Positions 11,636 through 25,300 of a DNA stretch of 64,000 bases are shown piece by piece. The notes beneath the pieces were generated by a model. The model did no database searches and was not told the origin of the DNA. It was given only the letters and a program-made list of their open reading frames with translations. The DNA lies in NCBI RefSeq assembly GCF_963921235.1, contig NC_086108.1:116376001-116440000 (forward strand), written 5' to 3'. The stretch is from Mobula hypostoma (taxonomy: Eukaryota). The first letter of the stretch is position 1. The number at the start of each line of letters is the position of its first letter. Made by a program: the position numbers and the translations under genes.

Positions 11636-14600
11636 TGTTCGTGTCGGGGAGGGTGGGGTGTGGAAGAGGCGGGGTGTTAGTGGAGAAGGGAGGGTGGGGT
11701 GTGGAAGAGATGGGGTGTTAGTGTCGGGGAGGGTGGGGTGTGGAAGAGACGGGGTGTTAGTGGAGAAGGGAGGGTGGGGTGTGGAAGAGACGGGGTGTTA
11801 GTGGAGAAGGGAGGGTGGGGTGTGGAAGAGATGGGGTGTTAGTGTCGGGGAGGGTGGGTTGTGGAAGAGATGTGGTGTTAGTGTCGGGGAGGGTGGAGTG
11901 TGGAAGAGACAGGGTGTTAGTGTCGGGGAGGGTGGGGTGTGAAAGAGACGGGGTGTTAATGGAGAAGGGAGGGGAGGGTGGGGTGTGGAAGAGATGGGGT
12001 GTTAGTGTCGGGGAGGGTGGGGTGTGGAAGAGACGGGGTGTTAGTGTCGGGGAGGGTGGGGTGTGGAAGAGACGGGGTGTTAGTGGAGAAGGGAGGGTGG
12101 GGTGTGGAAGAGACGGGGTGTTAGTGGAGAAGGGAGGGTGGGGTGTGGAAGAGACGGGGTGTTAGTGTCGAAGGGAGGGTGGGGTGTGGAAGAGACGAGG
12201 TGTTAGTGTCGGGGAGGGTGGGGTGTGGAAGAGACGGGGTGTTAGTGGAGAAGTTATGGTTGGGTGTGGAAGAGACGCGGTGTTAGTGTCGGAGAGGGTG
12301 GGGTGTGGAAGAGACGGGGTGTTAGTGGAGAAGGGAGGGTGGGGTGTGGAAGAGATGGGGCATTAGTGTCCGGGAGTGTGGGGTGTGGAAGAGACGGGGC
12401 GTTAGTGTCGGGGAGTGTGGGGTGTGGAAGAGACGGGGTGTTAGTGTCGGGGAGGGTGGGGTGTGGAAGAGACGGGGTGTTAGTGGAGAAGGGAGGGTGG
12501 TATGTGGAAGAGACATGGTGTTAGTGTCGGGGAGGGTGGGGTGTGGAAGAGACGGGGTGTTAGTGTCGGGGAGGGTGGGGTGTGGAAGAGATGGGGTGTT
12601 AGTGTCGGGGAGGGTGGGGTGTGGAAGAGACGGGGTGTTAGTGGAGAAGTTATGGTTGGGTGTGGAAGAGACGCGGTGTTAGTGTCGGAGAGGGTGGGGT
12701 GTGGAAGAGACGGGGTGTTAGTGTCGGGGAGGGTGGGGTGTGGAAGAGAGGGGGGTGTCGGGGAGGGTGGGGTGTGGAAGAGACGGGGTGTTAGTGTCGG
12801 GGAGGGTGCGGTGTGGAAGAGACGGGGTGTTCGTGGAGAAGGGAGGGTGCGGTGTGGAAGAGACGGGGTGTTAGTGTCGGGGAGGGTGGGGTGTGGAAGA
12901 GACGGGGTGTTAGTGTCGGGGAGGGTGGGGTGTGGAAGAGACCGGGTGTTAGTGGAGAAAGGAAGGTCGGGTGTGGAAGAGACGGGGAGAAGGGAGGGGA
13001 GGGAGGGTTGTGGAAGAGATGGTGTGTTACTGTCGGGGAGGGTGGGATGTGGAAGAGACGGGGTGTTAGTGTCGGGGATGGGTGTGGAAGAGACGGGGCG
13101 TTGGTGTTGGGGAGGGTGAGATGTGGAAGAGACGGTGTGTTAGTGTCGGGGAGGGTGGGGTGTGGAAGAGACGGGGCGTTAGTGTCGGAGAGGGATGGGG
13201 TGTGGAAGAGATGGGGCGTACCTGTCAGGGAGCGTAGGGTGTGGAAGAGTCGGGGTATTAGTGTCGGGGAGGGTGGGGTGTGGAAGAGACGGGGTGTTAG
13301 TGTCGGGGAGGGTGGGGTGTGGAAAAGACGGGGTGTTAGTGGAGAAGGGAGGGTGGGGTGTGGAAGAGATGGGGCGTTACTGTCGGGAAAGGTGGGGTGT
13401 GGAAGAGATGGGGTCTTAGTGTCGGGGAGGGTGCGGTGTGGAAGAGACGGGGTGTTCGTGGAGAAGGGAGGGTGCAGTGTGGAAGAGACGGGGTGTTCGT
13501 GTCGGGGAGGGTGGGGTGTGGATTAGACGGGGTGTTAGTGTCGGGAGGGTGGGGTGTGGAAGAGATGGGGCGTTACTGTCGGGGAGGGTGGGGTGTGGAA
13601 GAGATGTGGTGTTAGTGGAGAAGGGGGTGTGGGGTGTGGAAGAGACGGGGTTTTAGTGTCCGGGAGGGTGGGGTTTGGAAAAGACGGGGTGTTAGTGTCG
13701 GGGAGGGTGGTGTGTGGCTGAGATGGGGTGTTAGTGGAGAAGGGAGGGTGGGGTGTGGAAGAGGCGGTGTGTTAGTTTAGAAGGGAGGGTGGGGTGTGGA
13801 AGAGATGGGGTGTTAGTGTCGGGGAGGGTGGGGTGTGGAAGAGGCGGGGTGTTAGTGGAGAAGAGAGGGTTGGGTGTGGAAGAGACGGGGTATTATTGGA
13901 GAAGAGAGGATGGGGTGTGGAAGAGACGGCGTGTCAGTGGAGAAGGGAGGGTGGGGTGTGGAAGAGACGGGGTGTTAGTGGAGAAGGGAGGGTGGGGTGT
14001 GGAAGAGATGGGGCATTAGTGTCGGGGAGTGTGGGGTGTGGAAGAGATGGGGTGTTAGTCTCGGGGAGGGTGGGGTGTGAAAGAGATGGGGTGTTCGTGT
14101 CGGGGAGGGTGGGGTGTGGAAGAGACAGGGTGTTAGTGTCGGGGAGGGTGGGGTGTGGAAAAGACGGGATGTTTGTGTCGGGGAGGGTGGGGTGTGGAAG
14201 AGACGGGGTGTTAGTGTCGGGGAGGGTGGGGTGTGGAAGAGACGGGTTGTTAGTGGAGAAGGGAGGGTGGGGTGTGGAAGAGACCGGGTGTTAGTGTCGG
14301 GGAGGGTGGGGTGTCGAAGAGACGGGGTGTTAGTGGAGAAGGGAGGGTGGGGTGTGGAAGAGACGGGGTGTTAGTGGAGAAGGGAGGGTGGGGTGTGGAA
14401 GAGACGGGGTGTTAGTGGAGAAGGGAGGGTGGGGTGTGGAAGAGACGGGGTGTTAGTGGAGAAGGGAGGGTGGGGTGTGGAAGAGACGGGGTGTTAGTGG
14501 AGAAGGGAGGGTGGGGTGTGGAAGAGACCGGGTGTTAGTGTCGGGGAGGGTGGGGTGTCGAAGAGACTGGGTGTTAGTGGAGAAGGGAGTGTGGGGAGTC

Positions 14601-17600
14601 GAAGAGACGGGGTGTTAGTGTCGGGGAGGGTGGGGTGTGGAAAAGACGGGGTGTTTGTGTCGGGGAGGGTGGGGTGTGGAAGAGACGGGGTGTTAGTGGA
14701 GAAGGGAGGGTGGGGTGTGGAAGAGACGGGGTGTTAGTGGAGAAGGGAGGGTGGGGTGTGGAAGAGATGGGGTGTTAGTGTCGGGGAGGGTGGGGTGTGG
14801 AAGAGATGGGGTGTTAGTGTCGGGGAGGGTGGGGTGTGAAAGAGATGGGGTGTTAGTGGAGAAGGGAGGGTGGGGTGTGGAAGAGACGGGGTGTTAGTGG
14901 AGAAGTGAGGGTGGGGTGTGGAAGAGACGGGGTGTTAGTGGAGAAGGGAGGGTGGAGTGTGGAAGGGATGGGGTGTTAGTCTCGGGGAGGGTGGGGTGTG
15001 AAAGAGATGGGGTGTTCGTGTCGGGGAGGGTGGGGTGTGGAAGAGATGGGGTGTAGGTGGAGAAAGGAGGGTGGGGTGTGGTAGAGATGGGGTGTTCGTG
15101 TCGGGGAGGGTGGGGTGTGGAAGAGACAGGATGTTAGTGTCGGGGAGGGTGGGGTGTGGAAGAGACGGGGTGTTTGTGTCGGGACGGGTGGGGTGTGGAA
15201 GACACGGGGTGTTAGTGGAGAAGGGAGGGTGGGGTGTGGAAGAGACGGGGTGTTACTGGAGAAGGGTGGGTGGGGTGTGGAAAGAAGGGGTGTTAGTGGA
15301 GAAGGGAGGGTGGGGTGTGGAAGAGACGGGGTGTTAGTGGAGAAGGGAGGGTGGGGTGTGAAAGAGATGGGGTGTTAGTGTCGGGGAGGGTGGGGTGTGG
15401 AAGAGACGGGGAGAAGGGAGGAGAGGGTGGGGTGTGGAAGAGATGGGGCGTTACTGTCGGGGAGGGTGGGGTGTGGAAGAGACGGGGTGTTAGTGTCGGG
15501 GAGGGTGGGGTGTGGAAGAGACGGGGTGTTAGTGGAGAAGGGAGGGTGGGGTGTGGAAGAGACGGGGTGTTAGTGGAGAAGGGAGGGTGGGGTGTGGAAG
15601 AGACGGGGTGTTAGTGTCGGGGAGGGTGGGGTGTGGAAGAGACGGGGTGTTAGTGGAGAAGGGAGGGTGGGGTGTGGAAGAGATGGGGTGTTAGTGGAGA
15701 AGGGAGGGTGGGGTGTGGAAGAGATGGGGCGTTAGTGTCGGGGAGGGTGGGGTGTGGAAGAGATGGGGTGTTAGTGTCGGGGAGGGTGGGGTGTGGAAGA
15801 GACGGGGTGTTAGTGGAGAAGGGAGGGGAGAGTGGGGTGTGGAAGAGATGGTGTGTTACTGTCGGGGAGGGTGGGATGTGGAAGAGACGGGGTGTTAGTG
15901 GCGGGAGGGTGGGGTGTGGAAGAGATGGGGCATTAGTGTCCGGGAGGGTGGGGTGTGGAAGAGACGGGGTGTTAGTGGAGAAGGGAGTGTGGGGTGTGGA
16001 AGAGACGGGGTGTTAGTGTCGGGGAGGGTGGGGTGTGGAAGAGACCGGGTGTTAGTGGAGAAAGGAAGGTCGGGTGTGGAAGAGACGGGGAGAAGGGAGG
16101 GGAGGGAGGGTTGTGGAAGAGATGGTGTGTTACTGTCGGGGAGGGTGGGATGTGGAAGAGACGGGGTGTTAGTGTCGGGGATGGGTGTGGAAGAGACGGG
16201 GCGTTGGTGTTGGGGAGGGTGAGATGTGGAAGAGACGGTGTGTTAGTGTCGGGGAGGGTGGGGTGTGGAAGAAACGGGGCGTTAGTGTCGGGGAGGGATG
16301 GGGTGTGGAAGAGATGGGGCGTACCTGTCAGGGAGCGTAGGGTGTGGAAGAGACGGGGTGTTAGTGTCGGGGAGGGTGGGGTGTGGAAGAGACGGGGTGT
16401 TAGTGTCGGGGAGGGTGGGGTGTGGAAAAGACGGGGTGTTAGTGGAGAAGGGAGGGTGGGGTGTGGAAGAGACGGGGTGTTAGTGTCGGGGAGGGTGGGG
16501 TGTGGAAGAGACGGGGTGTTAGTGGAGAAGGGAGGGTGGGGTGTGGAAGAGACGGGGTGTTAGTGGAGAAGGGAGGGTGGGGTGTGGAAGAGACGGGGTG
16601 TTAGTGTCGGGGAGGGTGGGGTGTGGAAGAGACGGGGTGTTAGTGGAGAAGGGAGGGTGGGGTGTGGAAGAGATGGGGTGTTAGTGTCGGGGAGGGTGGG
16701 GTGTGGAAGAGATGGGGTGTTAGTGTCGGGGAGGGTGGGGTGTGGAAGAGACGGGGTGTTAGTGGAGAAGGGAGGGTGGGGTGTGGAAGAGATGGGGTGT
16801 TAGTGTCGGGGAGGGTGGGGTGTGGAAGAGACGGGGTGTTAGTGTCGGGGAGGGTGGGGTGTGGAAGAGACGGGGTGTTAGTGTCGGGGAGGGTGGGGTG
16901 TGGAAGAGACGGGGTGTTAGTGTCGGGGAGGGTGGGGTGTGGAAGAGACGGGGTGTTAGTGGAGAAGGGAGGGTGGGGTGTGGAAGAGACGGGGTGTTAG
17001 TGGAGAAGGGAGGGTGGGGTGTGGAAGAGACGGGGTGTTAGTGGAGAAGGGAGGGTGGGGTGTGAAAGAGATGGGGTGTTAGTGGAGAAGGGAGTGTGAG
17101 GTGTGGAAGAGACGGGTGTTAGTGGAGAAGGGAGGGTGGAGTGTGGAAGAGACGGGGTGTTAGTGGAGGAGGGAGGGTGGGGTGTGGAAGAGACGGGGTG
17201 TTAGTGGAGAAGGGAGGGTGGGGTGTGGAAGAGACGGGGTGTTAGTGGAGAAGGGAGGGTGGGGTGTGGAAGAGACGGGGTGTTAGTGTCGGGGAGGGTG
17301 GGGTGTGGAAGAGACGGGGTGTTAGTGTCGGGGAGGGTGGGGTGTGGAAGAGACGGGGTGTTAGTGGAGAAGGGAGGGTGGGGTGTGGAAGAGATGGGGT
17401 GTTAGTGGAGAAGGGAGGGTGGGGTGTGGAAGAGACGGGGTGTTAGTGGAGAAGGGAGGGTGGGGTGTGGAAGAGATGGGGTGTTAGTGTCGGGGAGGGT
17501 GGGGTGTGGAAGAGACTGGGTGTTAGTGTCGGGGAGGGTGGGGTGTGGAAGAGACGGGGTGTTTGTGTCGGGGAGGGTGGGGTGTGGAAGAGACGGGGTG

Positions 17601-20436
17601 TTAGTGGAGAAGGGAGGGTGGGGTGTGGAAGAGACGGGGTGTTAGTGGAGAAGGGAGGGTGGGGTGTGGAAGAGACAGGGTGTTAGTGGAGAAGGGAGGG
17701 TGGGGTGTGGAAGAGAAGGGGTGTTAGTGGAGAAGGGAGGGTGGGGTGTGGAAGAGACGGGGTGTTAGTGGAGAAGGGAGGGTGGGGTGTGAAAGAGATG
17801 GGGTGTTAGTGTCGGGGAGGGTGGGGTGTGGAAGAGACGGGGAGAAGGGAGGAGAGTGTGGGGTGTGGAAGAGATGGGGCGGTACTGTCGGGGAGGGTGG
17901 GGTGTGGAAGAGACGGGGTGTTAGTGTCGGGGAGGGTGAGGTGTGGAAGAGACGGGGTGTTAGTGGAGAAGGGAGGGTGGTATGTGGAAGAGACATGGTG
18001 TTAGTGTCGGGGAGGGTGGGGTGTGGAAGAGACGGGGTGTTAGTGTCGGGGATGGTGGGGTGTGGAAGAGACGAGGTGTTAGTGTCGGGGAGGGTGGGGT
18101 GTGGAAGAGACGGGGTGTTAGTGTCGGGCTGGGTGGGCTGTTGAAGAGACGGGGTGTTAGTGGAGAAGGGATGGTTGGGTGTGGAAGAGACGCGGTGTTA
18201 GTGTCGGAGAGGGTGGGGTGTGGAAGAGACGGGGTGTTAGTGGAGGAGGGAGGATGGGGTGTGGAAGAGACGGGGTGTTAGTGTCGGGGTGTGTGGGGTG
18301 TGGAAGAGACGGGGTGTTAGTGGAGAAGGGTGGGTGGGGTGTGGAAGAGATGGGGTGTTAGTGTCGGGGAGGGTGGGGTGTGGAAGAGACGGGGTGTTAG
18401 TGGAGAAGGGAGGGTGGGGTGTGGAAGAGACGGGGTGTTAGTGGAGAAGGGAGGGTGGGGTGTGGAAGAGACGGGGTGTTAGTGTCGGGGAGGGTGGGGT
18501 GTGGAAGAGACGGGGTGTTAGTGTCGGGGAGGGTGGGGTGTGGAAGAGACGGGGTGTTAGTGTCAGGGAGGGTGGGGTGTGGAAGAGACGGGGTGTTAGT
18601 GGAGAAGGGAGGGTGGGGTGTGGAAGAGACGGGGTGTTAGTGGAGAAGGGAGGGTGGGGTGTGGAAGAGACGGGGTGTTAGTGGAGAAGGGAGGGTGGGG
18701 TGTGGAAGAGACGGGGTGTTAGTGTAAGGGAGGGTGGGGTGTCGAAGAGACGGGGTGTTAGTGGAGAAGGGAGGGTGGGGTGTGGAAGAGACGGGGTGTT
18801 AGTGGAGAAGGGTGGGTGGGGTGTGGAACAGATGGGGTGTTAGTGTAAGGGAGGGTGGGGTGTCGAAGAGACGGGGTGTTAGTGGAGAAGGGAGGGTGGG
18901 GTGTGGAAGAGACGGGGTGTTAGTGGAGAAGGGAGGGTGGGATCTGGAAGAGATGGGGTGTTAGTGGAGAAGGGAGGGTGGGGTGTGGAAGAGAGGGGGT
19001 GTTAGGGGAGAAGGGAGGGTGGGGTGTGGAAGAGATGGGGTGTTAGTGTCGGGGAGGGTGGGGTGTGGAAGAGGCGGGGTGTTAGTGGAGAAGGGAGGAT
19101 GGGGTGTGGAAGAGACGGGGTGTTAGTGGAGAAGGGAGGGTGGGGTGTGGAAGAGACGGGGTGTTAGTGGAGAAGGGAGGGTGGGGTGTGGAAGAGACGG
19201 GGTTGTTAGTGGAGAAGGGAGGGTGGGGTGTGGAAGAGACGGGGTGTTAGTGGAGAAGGGAGGGTGGAGTGTGTAAGGGATGGGGTGTTAGTCTCGGGGA
19301 GGGTGGGGTGTGAAAGAGTTGGGGTGTTCGTGTCGGGGAGGGTGGGGTGTGGAAGAGATGTGGGGTTAGTGGAGAAGGGAGGGTGGGGTGTGTTAGAGAT
19401 GGGGTGTTCGTTTCGGGGAGGGTGGGGTATGGAAGAGACAGGGTGTTAGTGTCGGGGAGGGTGGGGTGTGGAAGAGACGGGGTGTTAGTGTCGGGGTGGG
19501 TGGGGTGTGGAAGAGACGGGGTGTTAGTGGAGAAGGGTGGGTGGGGTGTGGAAGAGATGGGGTGTTAGTGGAGAAGGGAGGGTGGGGTGTAGAAGAGATG
19601 GGGCGTTACTGTCGGGGAGGGTGGGTGGGGTGTGGAAGAGACGGGGTGTTAGTGGAGAAGGGAGGGTGGGGTGTGGAACAGATGGGGTGTTAGTGTCGGG
19701 GAGGGTGGGGTGTGGAAGAGATGGGGTGTTAGTGTCGGGGAGGGTGGTATGTGGAAGAGACTGGGTGTTAGTGGAGAAGGGAGGGTGGGGTGTGGAAGAG
19801 ACGGGGTGTTAGTGGAGAAGGGAGGATGGGGTGTCAAAGAGACGGGGTGTTAGTGGAGAAGGGAGGATGGGGTGTGAAAGAGATGGGGTGTTAGTGTCGG
19901 GGAGGGTGGGGTGTGGAAGAGACGGGGTGTTAGTGGAGAAGGGAGGGTGGAGTGTGGAAGAGACGGGCATTAGTGTCGGGGAGGGTGGGGTGTGGAAGAG
20001 ACGGGGCGTTAGTGTCGGTGAGGGTGGGGTGTGGAAGAGACGGGGTGTTAGTGTCGGGGAGGGTGGGGTGTGGAAGAGACGGGGTGTTAGTGGAGAAGGG
20101 AAGGTGGGGTGTGGAAGAGACGGGGAGAAGGGAGGGGAGGGTGGGTTTTGGAAGAGATGGGGTGTTAGTGTCGGGAAGGGTGGGCTGTGGAAGAGATGGG
20201 GTGTTACTGTCGGGGAGGGTGGGGTGTGGAATTGACGGGGTGTTAGTGGAGAAGGGAAGGTGGGGTGTGGAAGAGACAGGGAGGAGGGTGGGGTGTGGAA
20301 GAGACAGGGAGGAGGGTGGGGTGTGGAAGAGATGGGGTGTTACTGTCGGGGAGGGTGGAATGTGGAAGAGACGGGGTGTTAGTGTCGGGGAGGGTGGGGT
20401 GTGGAAGACATGGGGTGTTAGTGGAGAAGGGAGGGA
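11636..20436 (+). repeat. ~8.8-kb G-rich minisatellite, interspersed 39-bp (GTGTCGGGGAGGGTGGGGTGTGGAAGAGACGGGGTGTTA) and 41-bp (GTGGAGAAGGGAGGG...) variants
   Basis: Directly visible tandem units. A diagnostic variant block at ~12940 recurs at ~16043 (3103-bp offset). Confidence 0.97.
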
Positions 20437-20719
20437 GGAAGACTCGGCCGCCGGAGAAGGGCAACACCAAGGGACTTTAAACTTCTGTGCATCTCTGGCA
20501 TTGTGGTATCTTGCTGTGTGCGGGGTAATCCGGGAAGCGGTGGCTGCAGTGATGAAACCAGCTCTGGCAGAAAGAGCCAGTGCCCAAACCCTCTTGGAGT
20601 GGCCTGGTACCCTGAGAGAGTTGGGGAGGAAATCCTCACAGACCCCTCCCCTCCCATCACTGCCTTCTCATCCTCCTGTGGGTCAGCCAGTCTGAGGAAC
20701 GATTTGTGCCCCAGTTTTG

Positions 20720-22075
20720 AAGGGGGCTTCAGGGAGAGGGAGCATATTCCCAGCCAGAGAGTGCTGTCCAGGGGAGGGGGAGGGCGAGAGGGTCCTGGAC
20801 AGATGGAGCATTGTCCCAGGAAGGAGTGGTCCCTGGTGGAAGGAGTGTTGTCCTAAGGAGAGGAGTCGGGTCCATGACAGATAGAATACCCTCCTAGGGA
20901 GATGGGGAGGACCCCAGGCAGATAGAGTGCCGTCCCGGGGAGATAGAGGGGTCCCGAGTAGAGGGAGTGCCATCCCAGGGAGACGGAGAGTGTCCTGGAC
21001 AGATAGAGCAATACCCAGGGATTCAGAGAGGGCCCCGGACAGATGGAGTCCCATACTGGGGAGAAAGAGAGCGTCCTGTGTCGAGGGAACGGCCTCCCAG
21101 GAAGCTGAGAGAGAATGCTTTGTGGAAAGAACCTCCTCCTGGAGAGGGATCCTGTACAGAGAGAGCACTCCCCACCCCTGGGAGACGGATAGGGTCCTGT
21201 GCAGAGAGAGCACTCCCCACCCCTGGGAGACGGATAGGGTCCTGTGTCAAGGGACTGTCCTGTGTAGAAAGAGTGCCCTCCAGGGGAGACGGGCAGTCTA
21301 GTATAGAGGGAGCACCGCCCACCCCCAGAAACCAGAGAGGTCATGTGTCAAGGGAGCACCCTCCCAGGGAGACAGGGAGGGTCTTGTATAGAGGGAGAGC
21401 CCCACCCCCCCCACCCTCAGGAGCTGGGGAGGGTCCTGTGTCAACAGACGCACTCCCGGGGAGGTGGACAGGGTCTTGTATCGAGGGAGCACCCTCCCTG
21501 GGAATTAGACATGGTCTTGTGTAGAAGGAACAGCCTCCTAGGGAGACAGACAGAGTCTTGTATGGATGGAACTCATTCCGGCGGAGCAGGAGAGGGTCTT
21601 GTATCGCGGGGGCAACATCCTGCAGAACAGAAGAGGGCTGTCCTGTGGAGATGCAGCAGGTACCTGCCAAGCAGAGGGATGCGAATCCAGAGTTTGCGAG
21701 AGAAACAGAGAGGTTCGGTGGAGAGGGAGCACAATCCTGGGGATATAGGGAGAGTCCTGAGCAGATCGAGCTCCGTCCTGGGGAGACAGAAAGGGCCCCA
21801 AGCAGATGAATTGTTTTCCTGAGGAGATGAAGAGGGTCCCAAGTAAAGTGCACTGTCCTGGGGAGAGTAAACAGGTTCCAAGTAGAGCAAGCACTGTCCC
21901 AGAGAGATGGACCCAGTCCCAAGCAGAGGGAGTGCCATCTCAGGGGATGGATGGTCCCAAGCTAGGGTGAGCCCTGTCGGGGAGATGGAGAGGTCCCTGG
22001 CAGATGGAGCTCCTTCCTGGGGAGATAGAGACTGGGCACCACTCCTGGGAGAGGTAGGGCGAGACCCAGGGAAGC
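20720..22075 (+). repeat. Degenerate purine-rich tandem repeat (~40-50 bp units, GAGGGTCCTGTGTAGAGGGAGCAC..CCCGGGGAGA)
   Basis: Recurrent GGGTCCTG / GAGGGAGC / GGGAGA motifs; a near-exact unit duplication at ~21146-21245. Confidence 0.7.
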
Positions 22076-22168
22076 ATACGTATGGCCTGAGAGCTGCAGA
22101 GGGGCTTGCTCCAGGAAGCAGAGCTGAGGCCTCGGCCTGTCCTGATTCTCCATCTGCCCTGTCTCCAG

Positions 22169-22341
22169 CTGCAAGTGCAACCTACATGCCAACAACTGCG
22201 TGGTGGAGAAGGGGAAGCTGACCTGCGAGTGTGAACATAACACGACCGGTCCCGACTGCGGACGGTGCAAGAAAGCATTCCGAGGCCGGCCCTGGAGAGC
22301 AGGGTCCTACCTGCCCATCCCCAAAGGCACGGCCAACATCT
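22169..22341 (+). CDS. NTNG1: Netrin-G exon, laminin-EGF domain 1 (173 nt, phase 2 to 1)
   Basis: Acceptor ctgccctgtctccag, donor gtgagt. Encodes the netrin-G signature CKCNLHA...[14 protein letters not shown]...[14 protein letters not shown]. Not in the ORF track. Confidence 0.95.
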
Positions 22342-25300
22342 GTGAGTAGCTGGCTCCTCCACCCTACTCCCGCAGCGTGCCATTTGGGCTGGTGCCGGGA
22401 AGGAGAGAAGGAGAAGGAGGAGTGGGGAAGAACAGGCAGGGGAGGAGAGAAACAGGGAAGGAGAGGGTGAAGGAGAGAAGGGGCTGGAGGGGTGGAATGG
22501 AGAGGGAGAAAGGGGATAGAGATAGGGTTTGGAGAAGAGGAACAGATGAAAGGGGGAAGGAGGGTTGGAGTATTGGAGAGAGAGGGTGGGAGGTAAGGAG
22601 AGGGCCCAGGGGAGAGAAAGAGGAGTAGAGTAGGAGAATCTCCACAGCACGGCTTGACACCCAAAGGGAAGGGGGAGTCTCTGCGACACATAGACGATGG
22701 GATGGGGCTCAGCTGGTGAAATAGATATGCAGAAAGCGCAAGAGTGAGGCAGAGAGCTGAAGACAGTGCTGGAGGAAGAGCGAGAGTGAGAGGTGGCAAG
22801 AGGGAAATAAATACATTTGGAAAATGCTTGAAACATTCAAAAGAGATCAGACGAGATCTGTCACGGGAGAATCAGTTGATGCTCTAGACTGGAAATGTCA
22901 GCAGGGGAGGATGGAGTGAGAGAGGGGTGAGGGATGAGAGAGACCATCGGGCAGAGAAAGTGAGGGGAGGGGAGTGAGAAGGTGGTGGAGGCAGGGGAGA
23001 GATGGAGACCATTGGGCAGGGAAAGTGAGGGGAGGATGAAAGAGTGAGTGAGAGAGAGAGAAAGGGGCAGCGAGAGAGACAGACGGAGAGAAAGAGGATG
23101 GGAGAAGGGAAAGGACACAGAACAGGTCCATCAGGACGTTCGCAGGACCAGAGTTTGATTTATAAAGAGACTGAGACTGTTTACCCTGGGGCAGTGGAGG
23201 CTCAAAGGTGACCATATAGAGGTTTATTAAATCATGATGGGTGTATATAAGCTGAGTAGTGCCAGTCGTTTCCCCGGGGCACGGGAGTTTACAACTAGAA
23301 AGTATGGGTTTAAGCTGAGAGGGGGAGATTTAATAGAATCTGAGGGGCAGGTTTTTGGGTTAGGGTAAAAGCTGCCAGAGTGGGTGGCAAGGGCAGGTAC
23401 AATGACCACATTTGAACAGTCCAGGGAGGTGTGAAAAGCCTCCCCCTGGAATAGAAATGTTTGAACAGGCCCCCCCCCTCCCTAGTTAGTGAGGTCTAGA
23501 GTGTTATGGGAAATAGGTGTGACTCTGGATAAATATCATGGCCATCACGGGTTAGTGGAGCTGAGGGGCTGCTGCTGGGGGTGGGGGCTCTCGTGTCTCT
23601 GCATCAGCACCGGGACGGGAGTGGCAGCGGTGAGTCACGGCTGCCGTGTGATGTTATCTGCTGGGAAAGTGGGAGGAGGGGCAGCGTCCCCTGGGTGATG
23701 AGTATCTGAAGAGGTGGAAGTAAAAGTTGGGAGCAGGAAGCAATGTGAGGAGTGGATACTGAAGGTGGTTTAGTGACACCCCCACCCCGGTGGTAACCCT
23801 GTGACACAGACATAAGACTGATGGGTGGGGGTGGGGGTGTTGGGTGATCTACTTCCACAACAGCCCAGTGCTTCTCTCCATGAGAAACCGCTCCTGCCGT
23901 TCGAGTATACTCTGACTGACCAGCAGAAATCAGGGTCCGGCGTATCCCTCACAGTCTGTCTCTCTCTGTCTCCAGGCATCCCAGACACTGTCTCCAGTGG
24001 CCGTAAGTATGACCCAGACTCTATGACCTGAGGCACAAACCTGCCCCATCCCGCACTGATGGGACAATGGTGTGAGTGTGAACTGGCTGGTAGTGTGGGC
24101 AGAGTCTGGCTGTGAGCAAGTGGGTGTGAGCAGAAGATAAGCATGAACAGGTAAGTGTGAACAGCTCAGTGTGAACAGGTGTGTGTGAACAGGTGTGTAT
24201 GTGAACAGCCAGATGTGAACAGGTGTATATGTGAACAGCGGGCTGTGATTGGGTGGGTGTGAACAGGTGGATGTGAACAGATGAGTGTGTAAACAGGTGT
24301 GTGTGTGTGTGTGAGAGAGAGAGAGAACAGGTGGGTGAGAACAAGTAGGTGTGGATGAGGGGATGGGAATAGATGGATGTGAGCAGGTAAGCTTGAATGG
24401 GTGGGTGTGAGCAGGTGGGTCTGAACAGTTGCGAGTAAAAAGGTAGGTGTGGTGGGGTGGATGTGAAAGTGGGGATGTGAACCAGTAGGTTTTAACAGGT
24501 GGGTGCGAGCAATTGAGTATGTGAACATGTGGTTGTGAACAGGTATGTGGGTGTGATCAGGTGTGTGAACAGATGGGTGTGAACAGGTAGGTGTGAATAG
24601 GTGGATGTGTACAGGTGGATATTGACAGCTGGTTGTAAACAGGTAGATGTGAACAGGCAGGTGTGAGTAGGTGGCGTGGATAGGTGTGTTAACAGATGGA
24701 TGTGAACAGCTAAATGCGAACAGGCAAATGTTAACAGGTGCATGTGAGCAAGTAGGTTTTAATGAGTGGGCATGAGCAGGTCAGTGTGAACACGTGTGTG
24801 TGACCAGGTCAGTGCTCACGAGTGAATGTGAACAGCTGGGTGCAAACAGGCAGATGTGAACAGATGGGTTTGAACAGATGACGGTGAACAGGCAGATATG
24901 AACTGGTAGGTGTGAACAGGCATGTGTAAACTTGTGGGTGTGAGGTTGGTGGATATGAATGGCTAAGTGTGAATGGGTAGGTATGAACAGGTGGGAGTGA
25001 ACAGGTCTGTGTGAACAGCTGGATATGAGCAAAGGTGGATCTGCTCCCAGTGTATCTGATAAATGTGTCCAAGCATGGGCACAAACACGTACAGGGAGGG
25101 GATGGGTATGTTCACATTCTGGCCACACTGTCTGAGGGGGTGCCTGGTGGGAAGTGACGGGACTACTGGTCGCCGCCCGCATGTGTTTCTTGACTGTGGA
25201 CAGTGGGCACTGGCTATCACCCTGACCTCCCAGTACGGGGATGGGAAACGGCCCGGATATCTGTCCCTGGATATCAACTCATTCATGTTTGTTTAACTCT

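Noticed and set aside
11779..20695. Many GVWKRRG / VGCGRDGVL ORFs
   Set aside because: Translations of the 39/41-bp minisatellite; no consistent frame or splice structure.
6889..22168. Netrin-G laminin N-terminal (LN) exons
   Set aside because: No LN-like coding sequence was seen; presumably upstream or inside the gap.
21940..22836. 298-aa minus-strand ORF overlapping the LE1 exon
   Set aside because: Antisense shadow of a GC-rich exon plus low-complexity CT-rich intron sequence.
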